Source: Vicugna vicugna (Eukaryota). Taken from it: a DNA stretch of 64,000 nucleotides. Below are positions 12,965 to 26,235 of the stretch, one piece after another. The stretch spans positions 930,001 through 994,000 of the forward strand of contig MU058463.1 of assembly GCA_013265495.1 (NCBI GenBank), written 5' to 3'. The notes under the pieces were generated by a model. The model searched no databases and was not told where the DNA came from. It worked only from the letters and a program-made list of their open reading frames with translations. Within the stretch, counting starts at the first letter, position 1. The number at the start of each line of letters is the position of its first letter. Position numbers and translations under genes: made by a program.

Positions 12965-13527
12965 TGTTGGAGAGCAGGTCCTTGTCTCATTGCAGAAAGA
13001 ACTGAGAAGTGAGATATGGTGGTCAAGGAAGCAAAGCAAGGATTTATTAAGGGACAGATAGCATGGTCTCAAGGGAAGTGGGTAGCTCCCCCGAGTCTCT
13101 TTGGCAAGCTGGTTATATGGGGTGTACAAATGAAAGGGCAAAATCTTCACTGGCAGGGAGGGGTTTAGGGTCGTCTTCCCTGAACTTCATCCCAGCTCTA
13201 CCTTCCTGGTGGAAGGAAGGAGTTTTTTGTCCTGATTTAGTTTTGATGGAGAAGTCAGATGAGGTCATAATAAATAAAAGGTTATATCTGGACGGGAGTA
13301 TAATGAGCAACAGGTTACACTTGGATGGTGGAGATTCGTGTCTTGTCCCACCTTTCTTTGCCTGCAGGACACTTAAGCCAGAATGTATGGTTTCTTATCA
13401 GTCTGGAGGTTCCTGCTTTTCTTGGTCTGTCTAAGGACCCCTGTTGTTCACAAGATGTATAGTTTCCTTCCATTTGTCCTGTGTTCCTCTTTCTCTACTC
13501 ATATGTAACTACCTGCATGCTCTAATG
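12965..13527 (-). mobile_element. ERV1-type solo LTR (different family from copy A)
   Basis: Begins 'tgttggagagcaggtccttgtctcattgcagaaaga'; minus-strand AATAAA (plus 'tttatt' near 13043); ends 'taactacctgcatgctctaa'; no clean TSD, right boundary approximate. Confidence 0.75.
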
Positions 13528-13744
13528 ATACCATAAGACATCATGAGAGATTGAGAATTCATCCAACCCTCAATGAAAGTAAGCAAGAAAGGACCTATAA
13601 AAACTAATAAAACCAATTTTAATGAGAATCTGTAACAGGCCTGGGTTCTTCCAGTCTGTCTACAGCTGAGAATAATACAGGGTCCTTTGAAGTCATTTAT
13701 CTTTGCTTTCCTCTTCTGTTTCTTTTTAGTATTGACAAAACAGA

Positions 13745-13968
13745 AGTAGTTAGGACAATGGGCTCTTGATCAGACAAATAGAAATTCCTGCTCTGCTGTT
13801 TACCATCATCATGGCCTGGGGCAAGTTCCTCAATACCAGTGAACCATAGTGCTGTAAGCTCTCCTGTGGTCATATACCCACCTTGTTATGCTGTTGTGAA
13901 GGTCATATTAGGTTATGGAGATAAAATTATTTAGTAAGCACTCCACAAATGTTAGTGATTTATTATTT
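13745..13968 (+). mobile_element. MIR SINE
   Basis: 'gggctcttgatcagaca...cctgctctgctgtttacc...cctggggcaagttcctcaa...gttgtgaagg...agtaagcactccacaaatgttagtgatttattatt'. Confidence 0.7.
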
Positions 13969-15115
13969 TTCTAATCATTCTAACTTAGGGGAAATTCCAT
14001 ATTTATTGTGTGTATGTGTAAATACATAAATTCATGTCAGTAAATATTTATTCTGCCTGTAGTGGAAGTAAACCGTGTATAGCAGAGATCTCTAATGTTG
14101 CTGACAGATGCGACTGCATTTTATTTCTCTGAAGCCTTGAGATGACTGAAATATCTGAGCAAGGGACAGAAAGAGAAAATACAGCGCTTTGCTCTAAGAG
14201 GTAAATGGATACTGATAAATAGAGAGCCTTCTTGCTGAATATCCTGGTAGTAGCAAGATACTCGGTTGTTCAACAATTTTGTTGCAGTAGATTGTGATAT
14301 CCTGGTCTGAGACCAGAGAAATCTAATTATTTGAAAAGTATATTTTATTAGGCAGGCCTAGTTTAAAATAGAATTCTGTATTGCACAGAAATTTTATGTG
14401 TTTCTTTGATTTAATACATGTTTAATATTTTTGTTTTTCAATTAGGGTTTTTGTTCCTTTTAGATGTGAAACTGCAAGATGAAATCCTCCGCACTTGTCA
14501 TGAGAATCATTTTATCTTTTCAAGGGCTTCCTGATTCCTTTGAAAGGAAACTAAACTAAACTCATATGTGCTTAGTTTCCTTCAACTGAAGTAAGTAGAA
14601 ACTGGAAACTGGATTCATATTCCAAAACGCTCACCTACAGTCATACTTCCCACAGCTAAACATGTGACTTAGTGTAATATAAATTATTCATCAAGATGAA
14701 ACATTTTGACCTAGCAAGCTTTATTGCTGTTAGAAGAGCTGCAGTTGAAAACCTGCTTTGAATACAAATCATAATAGCTGTAAATCAACATATTCTACTA
14801 AGGCTGAGGGTAGGTCTGCATAGTCAAATTCCTTGCAACTAAAAGCACAAATTTGAGAGATGATCTCATGCAGCCTTTGACATGAGTGCTGAACTACAAC
14901 GTATTCATTTTAAATGCATGGATATAGTGGTCCTCATGGCAACTTTATTTTCTTCTCACAGTTCATGATCTCCTCACTGCCCTCTCCAAGATTTCCTGTC
15001 ATTTTATTCTTTTAGTCTACCCTCCAATACCTTGCCACTTTCTGTATTTTCCTCTCCTGCCTTCCTTCATTGTCATTTACACCCTTCTCTAAAACAAAGC
15101 AAAATAAAACCCTAA

Positions 15116-15140
15116 CAAAACAAAACAAAACAAAACAAAA
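15116..15140. repeat. (CAAAA)5 simple repeat
   Basis: Read directly. Confidence 0.95.
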
Positions 15141-17419
15141 CAGAAACCTTTCCAAAACATCTTTTCAAATTAACCTATAATAACATCTTTTCATGATAAA
15201 ATATTCAGTTAACACTTCAGCAGTGACTCAGCTGTGATATATCAGGCACATTTGTGTGAAGGATGTGTTCTTACACAGAGTAAGTGCGCTATCCATTACT
15301 TAAAGGTCAATTTCTTCATGGCAGAATATTTTAAAACGATTTCCTTTTCAAGTCATCATCTTAACAAAGTTTTCTCTACAGGAAAATTTTCCAAGTTGAC
15401 TGTTTTGCTGGACATCAAGGGGATTCTTAACATTTTCTTATTTCTACTGTCCACTGTATCAATAAAAATATCTTCACACAAGGTTTTTAAGGGAAACAAA
15501 ATATGTACAAAAAATAATTTGTATTGTGGCCATGAAGACTCATGGAAGGCTTGAGGGCGAAATATATAGATACTGGACATGAATGTACACTTCTCTTATT
15601 AGCTAGGGCTTTAGTCCTAAATATTTTATGCAGTTGCCCCTAGTTATGTCTGTAATATTACACATACATAGAATGATAACTGCTCTGAAGGAAACAAAAG
15701 CAGTATTGTAACAGCCGGTGAAAATGCAGGAATAGGTGCAGGGATGAGGAAGCAAGGTAATTTTGGATTGGGTCACTGTGCACCATCACTGGCTCACTGA
15801 GGAGTGTCTACGGGATATATCTTTTGTCTCCACACTTCAGTGGACTGGACACAAATGTTTCAGAATTGGTCCTTTTTTTAAAGGAAATGTTTACTCTGTA
15901 CATTGCAAAGGACTCACTGAGGGACTACTCAGAATAGGAGGATGATATTGTAAGTGGCAAAAGGCAAATAATTGACGCCATCAGAATTCTAAAGATTAGG
16001 AAAACACATTCCATATTTAACCGCTGAAATCAGATTTCTGTCCTGTTTTAAGTGTATCCTTTCATTCAAGATAAAGGTAATTTTTTATGAAAGTACTCTC
16101 TAAAAACCAAAATCAAAAGCAATGGTTTACTGTTTGCCCATGCTATCACATTAATTAGATTAGGTAAGGATGACTTTTAATTGATTAGTTTAATTCATGT
16201 GAGAAGGAAGCAGTCTCAGAGTTGAATGCATCTGCCAGTACAAGATAAGATGAGCATCTTTGGAGAGTCTCTGTGATTAGAATGTGCAATCTAAAAATAA
16301 ACTTAATCCTAAATGTGAGGTGTTCCCACCAATTTATTGCATTTTTTTTCTTTTTCTTGAAAAAAGTTCAAAGTACAATGATAGCCTTCTGGAGCTCTAA
16401 GGCTTTGATCTTATTGTTTTCTCTTCTCCCTCTGTAGTTCTCATAACTTGGGTTGGCCTTTCTAGTGTCTACAAGAATTCTAGAAATTCAAGGAAAGAAC
16501 TTCTTTCTAATTTTAAGTTTTCCTCTTGAAAAATAACGTGGCACTTTAAGTTTGCAATGTTTACACGACAATGTTTCAGCTGCAGCTGAAATTAGGATTC
16601 TTAAATCCTAATAGCTTGGCCCTAAGTCTTTACTAAAGCATGAAGAAAATGGTAAAAATATCATGTTTGCTAACCTTGAGAAATCACTTGGTACAGTACT
16701 TTAAATATATATGTATATTTATACATATATCTTAATATATATATTTGAGATGCAAATAAATCATCTAGTATTTATCAAATAGAAAAATGTCAGAATGAAT
16801 ATGATTATCATTTTTTGAAAACTATCTTAATCCATTTGCATTTACTTTCTAATTGTGGAAAGTCTTCAAAGATGAATTTATTATAATGTATCGTCATCAG
16901 TCTTGGCAGCATGTATTTCACTTCTTGCAGTTTTTAATTGTATGATCCATATATTTTTTCTTCATGCAGATACTTAATTATAATAGGTCTTGTGCTGTGT
17001 ATTGTGTGTGTGTGTTTAACCAATATCTTAAAATTAAATATAGTGAACTCTATTATTAAAACATTGAAAATGTAGCTTTTTGGTTGAATGACAATTGTGT
17101 TTATAAAAGCTAACCTACATATTAGCTACATTTTAAAATAGTAAGATTAAACATAAACTTAAATTCACCATATAAAATATACAATATAACTTATATCTTT
17201 TTGAATTTGTGTGTGTACAGCTGTATTATGATTATGTATGTAACCATTATTATAACTTGCTTCCCCCAGTAATAAAGCAAAATCCTGTGTATCTAATTTT
17301 CCTCGTTTTTCTTTTCTCTTTGCCAAGCTTCTCAGACTAGTTATCTTAATTTGTTTTGCATTTTCACTTTTTAAAATTCCTCTACACACAATAATATGAA
17401 TTTCACACAAATACAATTA

Positions 17420-18835
17420 ATCACTTTCATGACTTTTCCTGACTCTTCTGTGCCTTTCAACATAGTTGCTCCTTTTTTCTATTAATTTTATGTTCTCTCT
17501 ACTCTTGAATTCTATAACCACACTCAACTGATTCTCAATTTTTCATGGATTTGTCTTCTAACCACCCTGAAATGTTATTTTTATACTACATTCTGCTGCA
17601 TTCTGTTTTTGTAATTCTTATCTTATTTGTAACTCCCTCAGATTTTATCCCAGCTTAAGACTTGCACTACACACTGATGAGTCACAGATTTATATAACTC
17701 CACCAAAGTCTGTCTCCAGAACTCCAAAGCCCTTTTTTTTTTTTTTTGCGTTACTTCACTTGAATCTTCACTTGGATTATCCATAGGCGCCTGAAAATCA
17801 TTATGTTCAAGTGAAATTACCCCCAACCCCAGTATTTCAATCCCAGTGTCTGCCCTCTGTATACCTTGAATAAAGGCAACTCATTCACCCAAACTCCAGT
17901 GTCAGAGTGCATAAGCATCTCAGTCCTTCTTCATGTCCTGTGACAAGATGAACTCTAAGTCATCCCCCTCTTCTACTTGCTCTTTGTCACTGAATTCAGC
18001 TTTCATTGTTAATCTACATTGTTATAATTGTTCAGAGCTCTTCTCTCTGCCTCCAGGTTTGAAAACTTCCAATCTGCTATCCTCATTACTGTCACAGGGG
18101 TCTTTGTAAATTGAAAACCTGATCATATCCCTTCAGCACTCAGACCATTTCACTGCCTCTCATTTGCTTTCAGGAAAAAAAAAATCTAAAATCTGAGTCT
18201 GGTTAACAAGGTCCTTTGTGATCTTTCCTCTGCATTTAATACATTCTGAGCTATGTTTTCTCTGCTCTTTAATTAAAAACTTGTGCTCTAACCCAGTCAC
18301 AGTGCATAAATGTTATTCCCTAAATACATTAACTTTCTCTCTTTGTTATGCCTTTTTTACATATTTTGTTCATTTGACAGAAAGCTTCCTCCACATAGCC
18401 CCATCTCATGCCTCTTTTCTACCAGTATAATGTCCTCAAGATTTTTTTTCAGACTCAACTCTTATTTAGCAGTTGTCCATGTATTTATTTATTGTGCTGA
18501 TTTCAAGCCCCTACCATGTATCTGGAATTATATAGGATCCTGCAGTTTAGCAGTAAACCACATAAGTTGCCTCTGCCCTTAGCCTTTCTCCAAATCTGTA
18601 ACAAAGTAAACATCCTCTCTGTTGCAATAATATTTATTCCACCCTTCTGTTATAATTATAGGCATTTTTACTTGCAAAGCAATTCTAGGTTTGATTTTTC
18701 ATTGTCCCCATTGCACTGAGTCCCCTGATGGCAGGGATTTTCTTACTTCTTTAATTTTTTTTTTAACCAATCCAGGTTTTATCACAATGACTGATATAGA
18801 TGGCACTAGCTGATACTTACCAAGTAACTAAATAG
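17420..18835 (+). mobile_element. Long L2 LINE 3' fragment
   Basis: 'cactgatgagtcacagatttatataactcc...tctccagaactcca', 'cacttggattatccataggcgcctgaaaatcattatgttcaagtgaa', 'gaaaacctgatcatatcccttc', 'cactgagtcccctgatggcagggattt' appear in L2 order. Confidence 0.8.
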
Positions 18836-19864
18836 CAATTAGTAATTTCCAATTGATTTAATATTATGCAAACCAGCTTCTATTTGATATAGTTTTTATT
18901 TTCAAACAGATCATGGCAAACTACCTACATAATAATTTAAGATGGAGGCAGTAAAATTCTATAATTCTAACCTCCCTATCTGGGCTGTTCTTCCAGATTG
19001 CTCTATTTAAGTGATGCTCTTTAATGTCTACTTCAGAATAGTCATATTTCAGGAAGTCCATCATGCATGATGCAGTAGTCATTACTAATCTCTCTCTTCT
19101 GAACTCAGAGGAAGGTTTACAGATATGATTCCTTTAGCAATTAATCTATGCTGCTTTCTGATACCTGAAAGTATTGCTATCAATTATTAATGCTGGCTGT
19201 TTCTTCCTCAGCAATCCAGAAACAGACGGTCAACTCTGAAGATTTACTCATTTGATTCTTTAACATTTTTCTGCCAAATTAAGAGCAAGGTCTATTTTTT
19301 TTTCTTTTATGTGAACTGTTTTCTCAGGGAAGAATGTGATCACAGCCTGTATCTCCAGTTGCTTTTTATTGTTTTCTCCCACCTCACTGGGGCCAAATGT
19401 ACATGGGTCTTAACACAGAGCTCAGCATCCAGTGAACCGACTGTAATATTGAGCAATCTAGCACACAGTGAGGGTATCTCTTTGAATTATTCTTTCAGCT
19501 TCAGTGAAGCTTTGTCCCTTTGAAGAGCCATCAGAACGCTGAGTATGTCTTTGGGATAGTTCCATTCTTTTGTTCACTGGAAAATTATTCAACAAACCAC
19601 ATGGAGAAAAAAGAGAAAATCCTAAACATCAGAACATAAATTTTAGCTTTTGTTTATTTTTCCACTTGAATTGCACATTTTCCTCTCTGTATCTTTTATC
19701 TTTTGTACATCTATTCCTCTTTGGAACCGCCTATATATATATGTCATGTAAATATAAGCCAACATACAAATATGCACACATACATTTCTCACACTTCTGA
19801 ATTTTTATCACAACTTCTTTCTTAAATTTTTATTTTCCTTACTAATTTTCTGGGGGTTTTGTTT

Positions 19865-21215
19865 GGTTATTTCTTTTCTTTTTTTTTCCTAGCAGTATTA
19901 TGTATAGTCATCATGCTGCACATTACATACTGAGTATTTATTTGCCTTTTAACTGGAAATTTGTACCTATTGATCACCTTTGTCTAATTCCCCTATCTTG
20001 TACCCCCTGCCTCTTGCTAACCACAAATCTTTCTCCTTTTCGGGGAGATTTTTGTCTGTCTTGGTTTTGGTTTTAAGATTACACGTGTAAGTGGTACCAT
20101 ACAGAATTTGTCTTCCTCTGCCTTATTTCACTTAGCCTAATGTCCTCGAGGTCCATCCATATTGTCACAAATGGTAAGATTTTATTTTCTTTTTGGCTGA
20201 TAATATTTTACATAAATATATGTACCACTGTTTCTTTACCCATTTTTCCACTTCCATGTCTTGGCTATTGTAGATAATGCTGTTATGAACATGGGGGTGC
20301 AGATACATCTTCAACATAAGTTTTTATTTTCTTTGAATATATTCCCAGAGTGGAATTGCTAGACCATATGGTTTTTCTGTTTTCAATTTTTTGAGGAAAC
20401 TCCACACTGTCTTCCATAGTGGCTGCACCAATTTACATTCCCACCAACAGTGTGCAAGGTTTCCCTTTTCTCCACATCCGTGTCAACAATTGTTATCTCT
20501 TGTCATTTTGTTGATGGTCATTCTAACAGGCATGAGGTGACCACTCGTGGTTTTGATTTGCATTTTCCTAATGATTGGTAATGTTGAGCACCTTTTCATG
20601 TACCTGTTGGCTATTCATATATCATTTTTGGAAAAATGTCTATTCAGGTTTTTTGCCCACTTGTAATTCGATTATTTGTGGAGTTTTTTTTTTGCTATGG
20701 AGTTGTATGAGTTTTTTATCTTTTTGGGTATTGATCAGATATATGGTTTGCAAATATTTTTCCCATTCTATATATTGGTTTCTTATTTTATTGATCATTG
20801 TGCAGATTCTTTTTAGTTTGACATAGTCCCACATGTTTAATTTTATTTTGTTTCTTGTGCTTTAGGTGTTATATCCAAAAAATTATTTCTAAGACACATG
20901 TCAAGGAGCTTTTCCCTATCTTTTCTTCTAGGAAGTATATAGTTTTCAGTCTTACATTTAAACCTCTAATCCATTTCAATTTAGTTTTTGTGAGTGCTGT
21001 AACATGGGGTCTGGTTTCATTCTTTTACTTGTGAATATACAATTTTTCTAGCAACTATTATTGAAGAAACTGTCTTTTCTCCATTGAGAAGAACTATTGA
21101 GAGAGAGAACTATTATTGAAGAAACTGTCTTTTCTCCATTCTTCACTCCTTTTATTTGCATGAGTTTCTGACTGGGCTCTGGATTCCATTCCATTGTATC
21201 TGTCTTTATGTACTT
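19865..21215 (-). mobile_element. L1 3' portion (ORF2 end + 3'UTR), 5'-truncated
   Basis: T-tract near 19870; 'ttatttcacttagcctaatgtcctcgaggtccatcc', 'catagtggctgcaccaatttacattcccaccaacagtg', 'gttttgatttgcattttcccta'; ORF 20640-20834(-) reads like decayed ORF2p (WDYVKLK..EWEK). Confidence 0.95.
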
Positions 21216-21509
21216 GTTTCTTTCCTTTACTTCTGGTAGCCATGACTGGACACAACAATGTAAAAGTAGTGAAAAATCCAGATTCTAATTAGTTTTGTTT
21301 CAAAAGTTGTGTTTACCCTGGTTTTCATCAAAATGATTGGGAACTTCAAGGAAAAAAAAACTAATAAAAATTATGAAGTACTTAAAGACCTTACAATATG
21401 CAAGTGCAAAAATACTTAGTTTGCTGTTGTCTTTCTGCTTTAAAAAGAAATACAGGGGAAGACAGGGAGAAAAAAAAAGCCAAGATATAATGTGAGCTAT
21501 TATTATGTT

Positions 21510-22040
21510 TGTGGCAGATTAAAATGGCAGCAAAATCATTAGTTCTCCTCCCACTGAGAGGTGGAATCTATGTCCCTTCCCTTTGAAGTCCACTGGCCTG
21601 TGACTCTCATTACTAAGTACAGTGAAAATGACACAATGTCAGTGACTGGTCTAGCCTTAAAGAGACTTGGCATCTTCTGCTTCCTTCCTTTTGGAGCTCT
21701 GAGCTCTTATGTGAGGGAGGCTGACCCCGTTCCTCAAGAGAGTACTTGGAGAAGACCTGAGGTGCCTTAAAGAGGGAGAAAGACTTAGCTAACCCCAGCC
21801 TTGAAGCTGTCCCTTTCAGAAAAGCAGATATACAAGAGGAAGCTTCTTGAACCCCACACCACCGCCATTACAACTGAATGCAATTGAGATATTCCCCCAG
21901 CCAGCACCAAATGGAGCAGAGCTGCTCAGTCAAACCCTGCCCAATCTGCTGCCCCACACATTTGTGAAAATAATAACATGATAGTTGTTTGAAGCTGCTA
22001 TGTTTAAGAGTAGGCCATTACTGAACAGTAGGTAAAGGAA
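21510..22040 (+). mobile_element. MaLR solo LTR (MLT1G/H-like)
   Basis: Starts 'tgtggcagattaaaatggcagcaaaatc...cctcccactgagaggtggaatctatgtcccttccctttgaa'; ends 'gttgtttgaagctgctatgttt...'. Confidence 0.85.
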
Positions 22041-23949
22041 ATGATTGCCATTGTGCGTTACTTGATACGACATCGATACATATTATAGTTGTTGCATATT
22101 TTTACTCATTTAATGTTTTCTTAGTGTGGAATAGCTTTTTTTAATGCAGTTCTGTTAGATTATAAAATGTGTCTTTCTCAAAAATACTTTGGGTATTAAA
22201 GTATACTTTTCAGTAAATGTTAAGACTTCAGGCCTTGTTTTTAGGCTATAAATAGACTAATCTATTTATAGCCATTGTAAAACTAAAGTTTAGAATGACA
22301 GTCAACATTCAAATATATTATTATGTTATATAGTATTTTACTCCGAGAGCCCTATTAATCTGCTCTTTTTCAAACACTTTAATTATAAGATCCATTCTTC
22401 TTCCCTGTTTTCAGTATTTTGGATTCAAACTGAATTTAGATATTTTCTTGAGTCAATATAGTTACGATACAGTAGATAAAGAGGTAAATAGGAAATGGTA
22501 GTGTGAGTGCTAGGTTGAATTTATTACATGAAACTAGTTGTCAGGCGATGGGAAAAAATGCTTCCAGTAACCTGTGTTTTAAAAAGGGAACAGATGTATG
22601 AACAATTCTATAAAAAAAAAAATAGAGTAACAAGGCAAACATGCCAAAGGCAAAAAAATACATTAATCAAAATATAAAATGTGTAGTTTTTTGAAGCAGT
22701 TTTGTAAAATTACATATCTTAGCCCTTAACACTTTGGTAAAATATGTTTCTGTCTCAATTGCAGCAGAGCAAACCCAACTTATTATCCATAATCCACCTC
22801 CTTATTTAGTTATAAAAGCAGAAAACAAACATATTTACAAATACTCATTAAGGTTTGGCTACTTCACTAGATTTTCATTTTTCTGAGCGCCTTTCTGTGT
22901 GCGTAATAATGAAATGGGGAAATTTCTTTTCCTTATTTAAAATGACAGGCACATTTTCCCCTCTAGGAAAAAAAAATGGTCAATGTCACTTGTGCGGTTA
23001 AGAAAGATTAAAGAAACAAAGAAAAAAGAAAAAGAAATGAATGCATTTCCACATTTTTAAAGAATACACGTTCTTTAAGTATTGCATATGCTTCATGCCA
23101 AAGGCATAAACATCTGTAAAAACAAGTCATATCAGCAATAGATGCTAGATATTTATTTTTCCTGAAGGAGAGATTTTAAGAGTTTTTTATTTACGGTAAT
23201 TGATGTATAATGTTTAGACAATTTATTTTTGTTCTTATTACTATGACTTATTTGATTATAACCTGACAAACATAATAAAGCAAGTCTATCTAGGTTCTTT
23301 AGGACATGATACAGAGTACATTAGTAAAATAACTGTGTGCCTTCTTTTTCTTAGGCATGTCATTTTTCTGGCAGAAATAATGAAATTATATTTTGCCAGC
23401 AGTCTTTCTGGTTTATCAACATTTCTTCCCTTATTAATCAGAGTATACAATTTGACATTTTGTTGGTAAGTCTTGATCATCCAGAGAAGTAACATGAGCC
23501 CTGCTTTCTGTTGAGTCTCAAAATACTGTAACTGTCAGAATTGATGAATAACCTATTATTATGTAATAATTTGGGGTCAGTCTCATGTTTCAGTGTGTTG
23601 ATTTGCCTTACCACTTTTCATTGGCAATTATCATTTTTGAATAATAAAATCAGGGGTAATGCATTTGTATAATGCTTTACATTTTACCAAGTATTTCATG
23701 GGACACTAAATATTTCCAGAGAAAAACAGAAGTTCTAATAAGATCATTAGTCTCTTTGATTTAAGTAATTCAAGTACATTTACAGCACAAAGAGCAAATA
23801 TTGGAAAGAGACACATGAAAACTTACAAAAAAATCCCTCCGCATTTAGTAATTCACAGTGACAAAAGATTTCACAAGAGAAAGTACGAGGCTGAACAAGT
23901 ACAAGGAGTTGAATAACAAGTCATCGACTAAATCAGGAGGAAAGAACAA

Positions 23950-24340
23950 ATGGCTATTCATTCCTCAGCGGCTCCAAATATTTATTTACTTCCGATATTA
24001 TGCAAATGCCACAGTATGATTTCTCATGCCTTGTAGCCCTGGGAGTTTTATGAAATTTGAGTAAGACATTATTACTACCCTCAAGGAACTCATTGTTCTC
24101 TCAAACAAATAAGATTAAATGTGATGAAGGTTATACTAATGGGATGTAAAATACCCAACACGTGACAAGGAAGGAGCTTCTGAATCTCATTGGGGCAGTT
24201 TTTGAAAAACTTCAGAAAGGAATGTTTTAACCTGTGTTATGCAGCTTGGGTAGGAGTTAAGCACGGTAATAAACTGAAGAACAAGAAACAGTGGCATGAG
24301 AATGCAAGTCTGTAAACAGGAGAACCTGAAGAATAAGAAG
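23950..24340 (-). mobile_element. L2 3' end fragment
   Basis: 'attcattcctcagc...aaatatttatt...gtaagacattattactaccctcaaggaactcattgt' is the reverse complement of the L2 tail region. Confidence 0.6.
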
Positions 24341-24699
24341 GGGCTTGAAGGGGCCTTGAACATGGGCACAATGTGTAGTATTGAACTGAGCAGAGGGTAA
24401 CTAGCGAGGAGAACACCATTTCAACAAAGCCTACAATTTCTGCAGAGTGCTGTGGTTCCTTTACCAAGGTTGCTTTGACCCATAAACTCCACTCCAATCT
24501 GTTAGGCAGCTAAATCCCAGTTACAGAAAAGGAAATACTCAGTTGTAATTAGCTAAGGATTGTAATTAGCTGGCTAACGAAGTCATCGTGATAACTTCCC
24601 ATGGCTGAATTGCATGCTTACTAACAACCGTCTTATTAAACATTCCCTTTACTTGTAAAAGAAGCAAATGTGCTCATTCCTTAATAAGCATTCCTTGTC

Positions 24700-24975
24700 A
24701 TCTTAACATTCTGAATGATCTTTTTAAAATGAAAGCAGACTGTGTAACTCTTCTGCTGAAAATACCACCATCACTACTCCTAGTTTTCAGGAGTAAAAGG
24801 CAAAGTTCTTACATGGCCCACAAACTCCTCCACCATCTCTTTTCCTTTTCATATTTCCTGCCTGGCCCCCGTCCATTCTCTCTTCTGCTGTTCCAGTTAC
24901 ACTAGCCTTTGACATAGGCTGCTTTAGGCATTTCCCTGGGCGTTCCTTCTGCCTGAGAAACTCCTGCACCTTTTC
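24700..24975 (+). mobile_element. L2 fragment
   Basis: 'tgatctttttaaaatgaaagcagactgtgtaactcttctgctgaaaa...aggagtaaaaggcaaagttcttacatggccc'. Confidence 0.75.
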
Positions 24976-25659
24976 TTTAATCCTGAAGTGGCTTCAGATT
25001 TGCAGTAATATTTCACCACTTTGTGCTACTTTAATATCTGGCCCTATCATCGTTCTAATTACTAACGGAGCATTCAGAATGGATATCAGCTAAGGCTGCA
25101 CCCCACCACCCCTGGCTGTGTTGCCAAGCCCCCATCTGTTTACTATCAGCCAGTGCCATGCAGCTTGCTATGGAATATATGTGTGCTTGAGCCAGTCCAG
25201 GAAAAACTTGCTATTTGGTTAGGGCTAGGCGAGTGAGACTGAGAGTATGTCAGCCTCTACAGGTTACAATGAACAGAAATTAATCCAGGCATTTATGTTA
25301 ATATGACAATTAGGAAGTGCTGTAGTATTGAGATATCCATGTGTTTGTTCTGAGATTAAGCTTGTGAATTGAAATTTGTATCACAACTATAACAAGACAG
25401 GGATCCTGATGAAGTGAACAGAGCCCAGGAAAACTTGGGAAAAAGGCTGAAGGTAAACTTTTATCAAAAACACAGGAATCACAACAGATCTGAGCCTTAC
25501 GAAGGCTGGGATGTAACCCAGAGGCTTTCCCATCTCCAGGGACACTTTATCCACGAATCTCCATCCCCTGCCCCCACTTTGCCCGCCAAGGGATGAGTTC
25601 CTTAAACACTAATCAGTGTCGTAGCTCTTCCCTCTCTTTGATTCATCTACCGCTGCTAC

Positions 25660-26235
25660 TGCTACCCCAAAAGATAAAGACCCTGGTTCTTGTCACACCC
25701 GAAAGACATGTTTGCAGTCAGAAGGCGGCACATTGTGTAGCAAAAGATTTTAAAATATTTACTTAAAAGGAAAGGAAAAGTTCACCCGCAAGAATGGGAG
25801 GCAGGTGGGCTGATACAAGAGAGGAAAAAGTGGCCTTTTTTGTCTCCCCTTTCTCTTATAGCCTCGCTTAGAGGTGGTCTTTTTGATTGATTGACGGCTC
25901 TTGTCCCTGGAATGCTTAGTCATGTTTGGCCCTTTGGGCAGGTCCTTACCTGCGGTGTATACTGAAAAACCCATGGGAGGGGGTGGCTAAACCACAATGT
26001 TCATTGTGACACAATGAACATTGATTGTGTCTGGTTAAGTCCTTTCTGCTACCACGCAGTTGTGGCTGTCGGGTTTAACCAGTTTTTCTTTTTTTCTTTT
26101 TCCTTTTCTTGCTGGCACTCATTTAGAAGTTTAGAAGTAAAGTCCCTTTACACTGGAGGCGGGCATAATAATACCCTCTTCCGGACCATCCTCCCTGTCC
26201 TCCACCTACATACCCGGTTATCTAACGACCTAACA
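25660..26235 (-). mobile_element. ERV1-type solo LTR, copy B (same family as copy A)
   Basis: Minus strand reads TGTTAGGTCGTTAGA...GGGGTAGCA; exact 4-bp TSD CTAC (25656-25659 / 26236-26239); poly(A) signal variant AGTAAA (plus 25758-25763); long blocks shared with 11766-12316. Confidence 0.93.

Noticed and set aside
16707..16730. 11-bp AT hairpin atatatgtata-tt-tatacatatat
   Set aside because: It lies in (AT)n-like low complexity, where self-complementarity is trivial.
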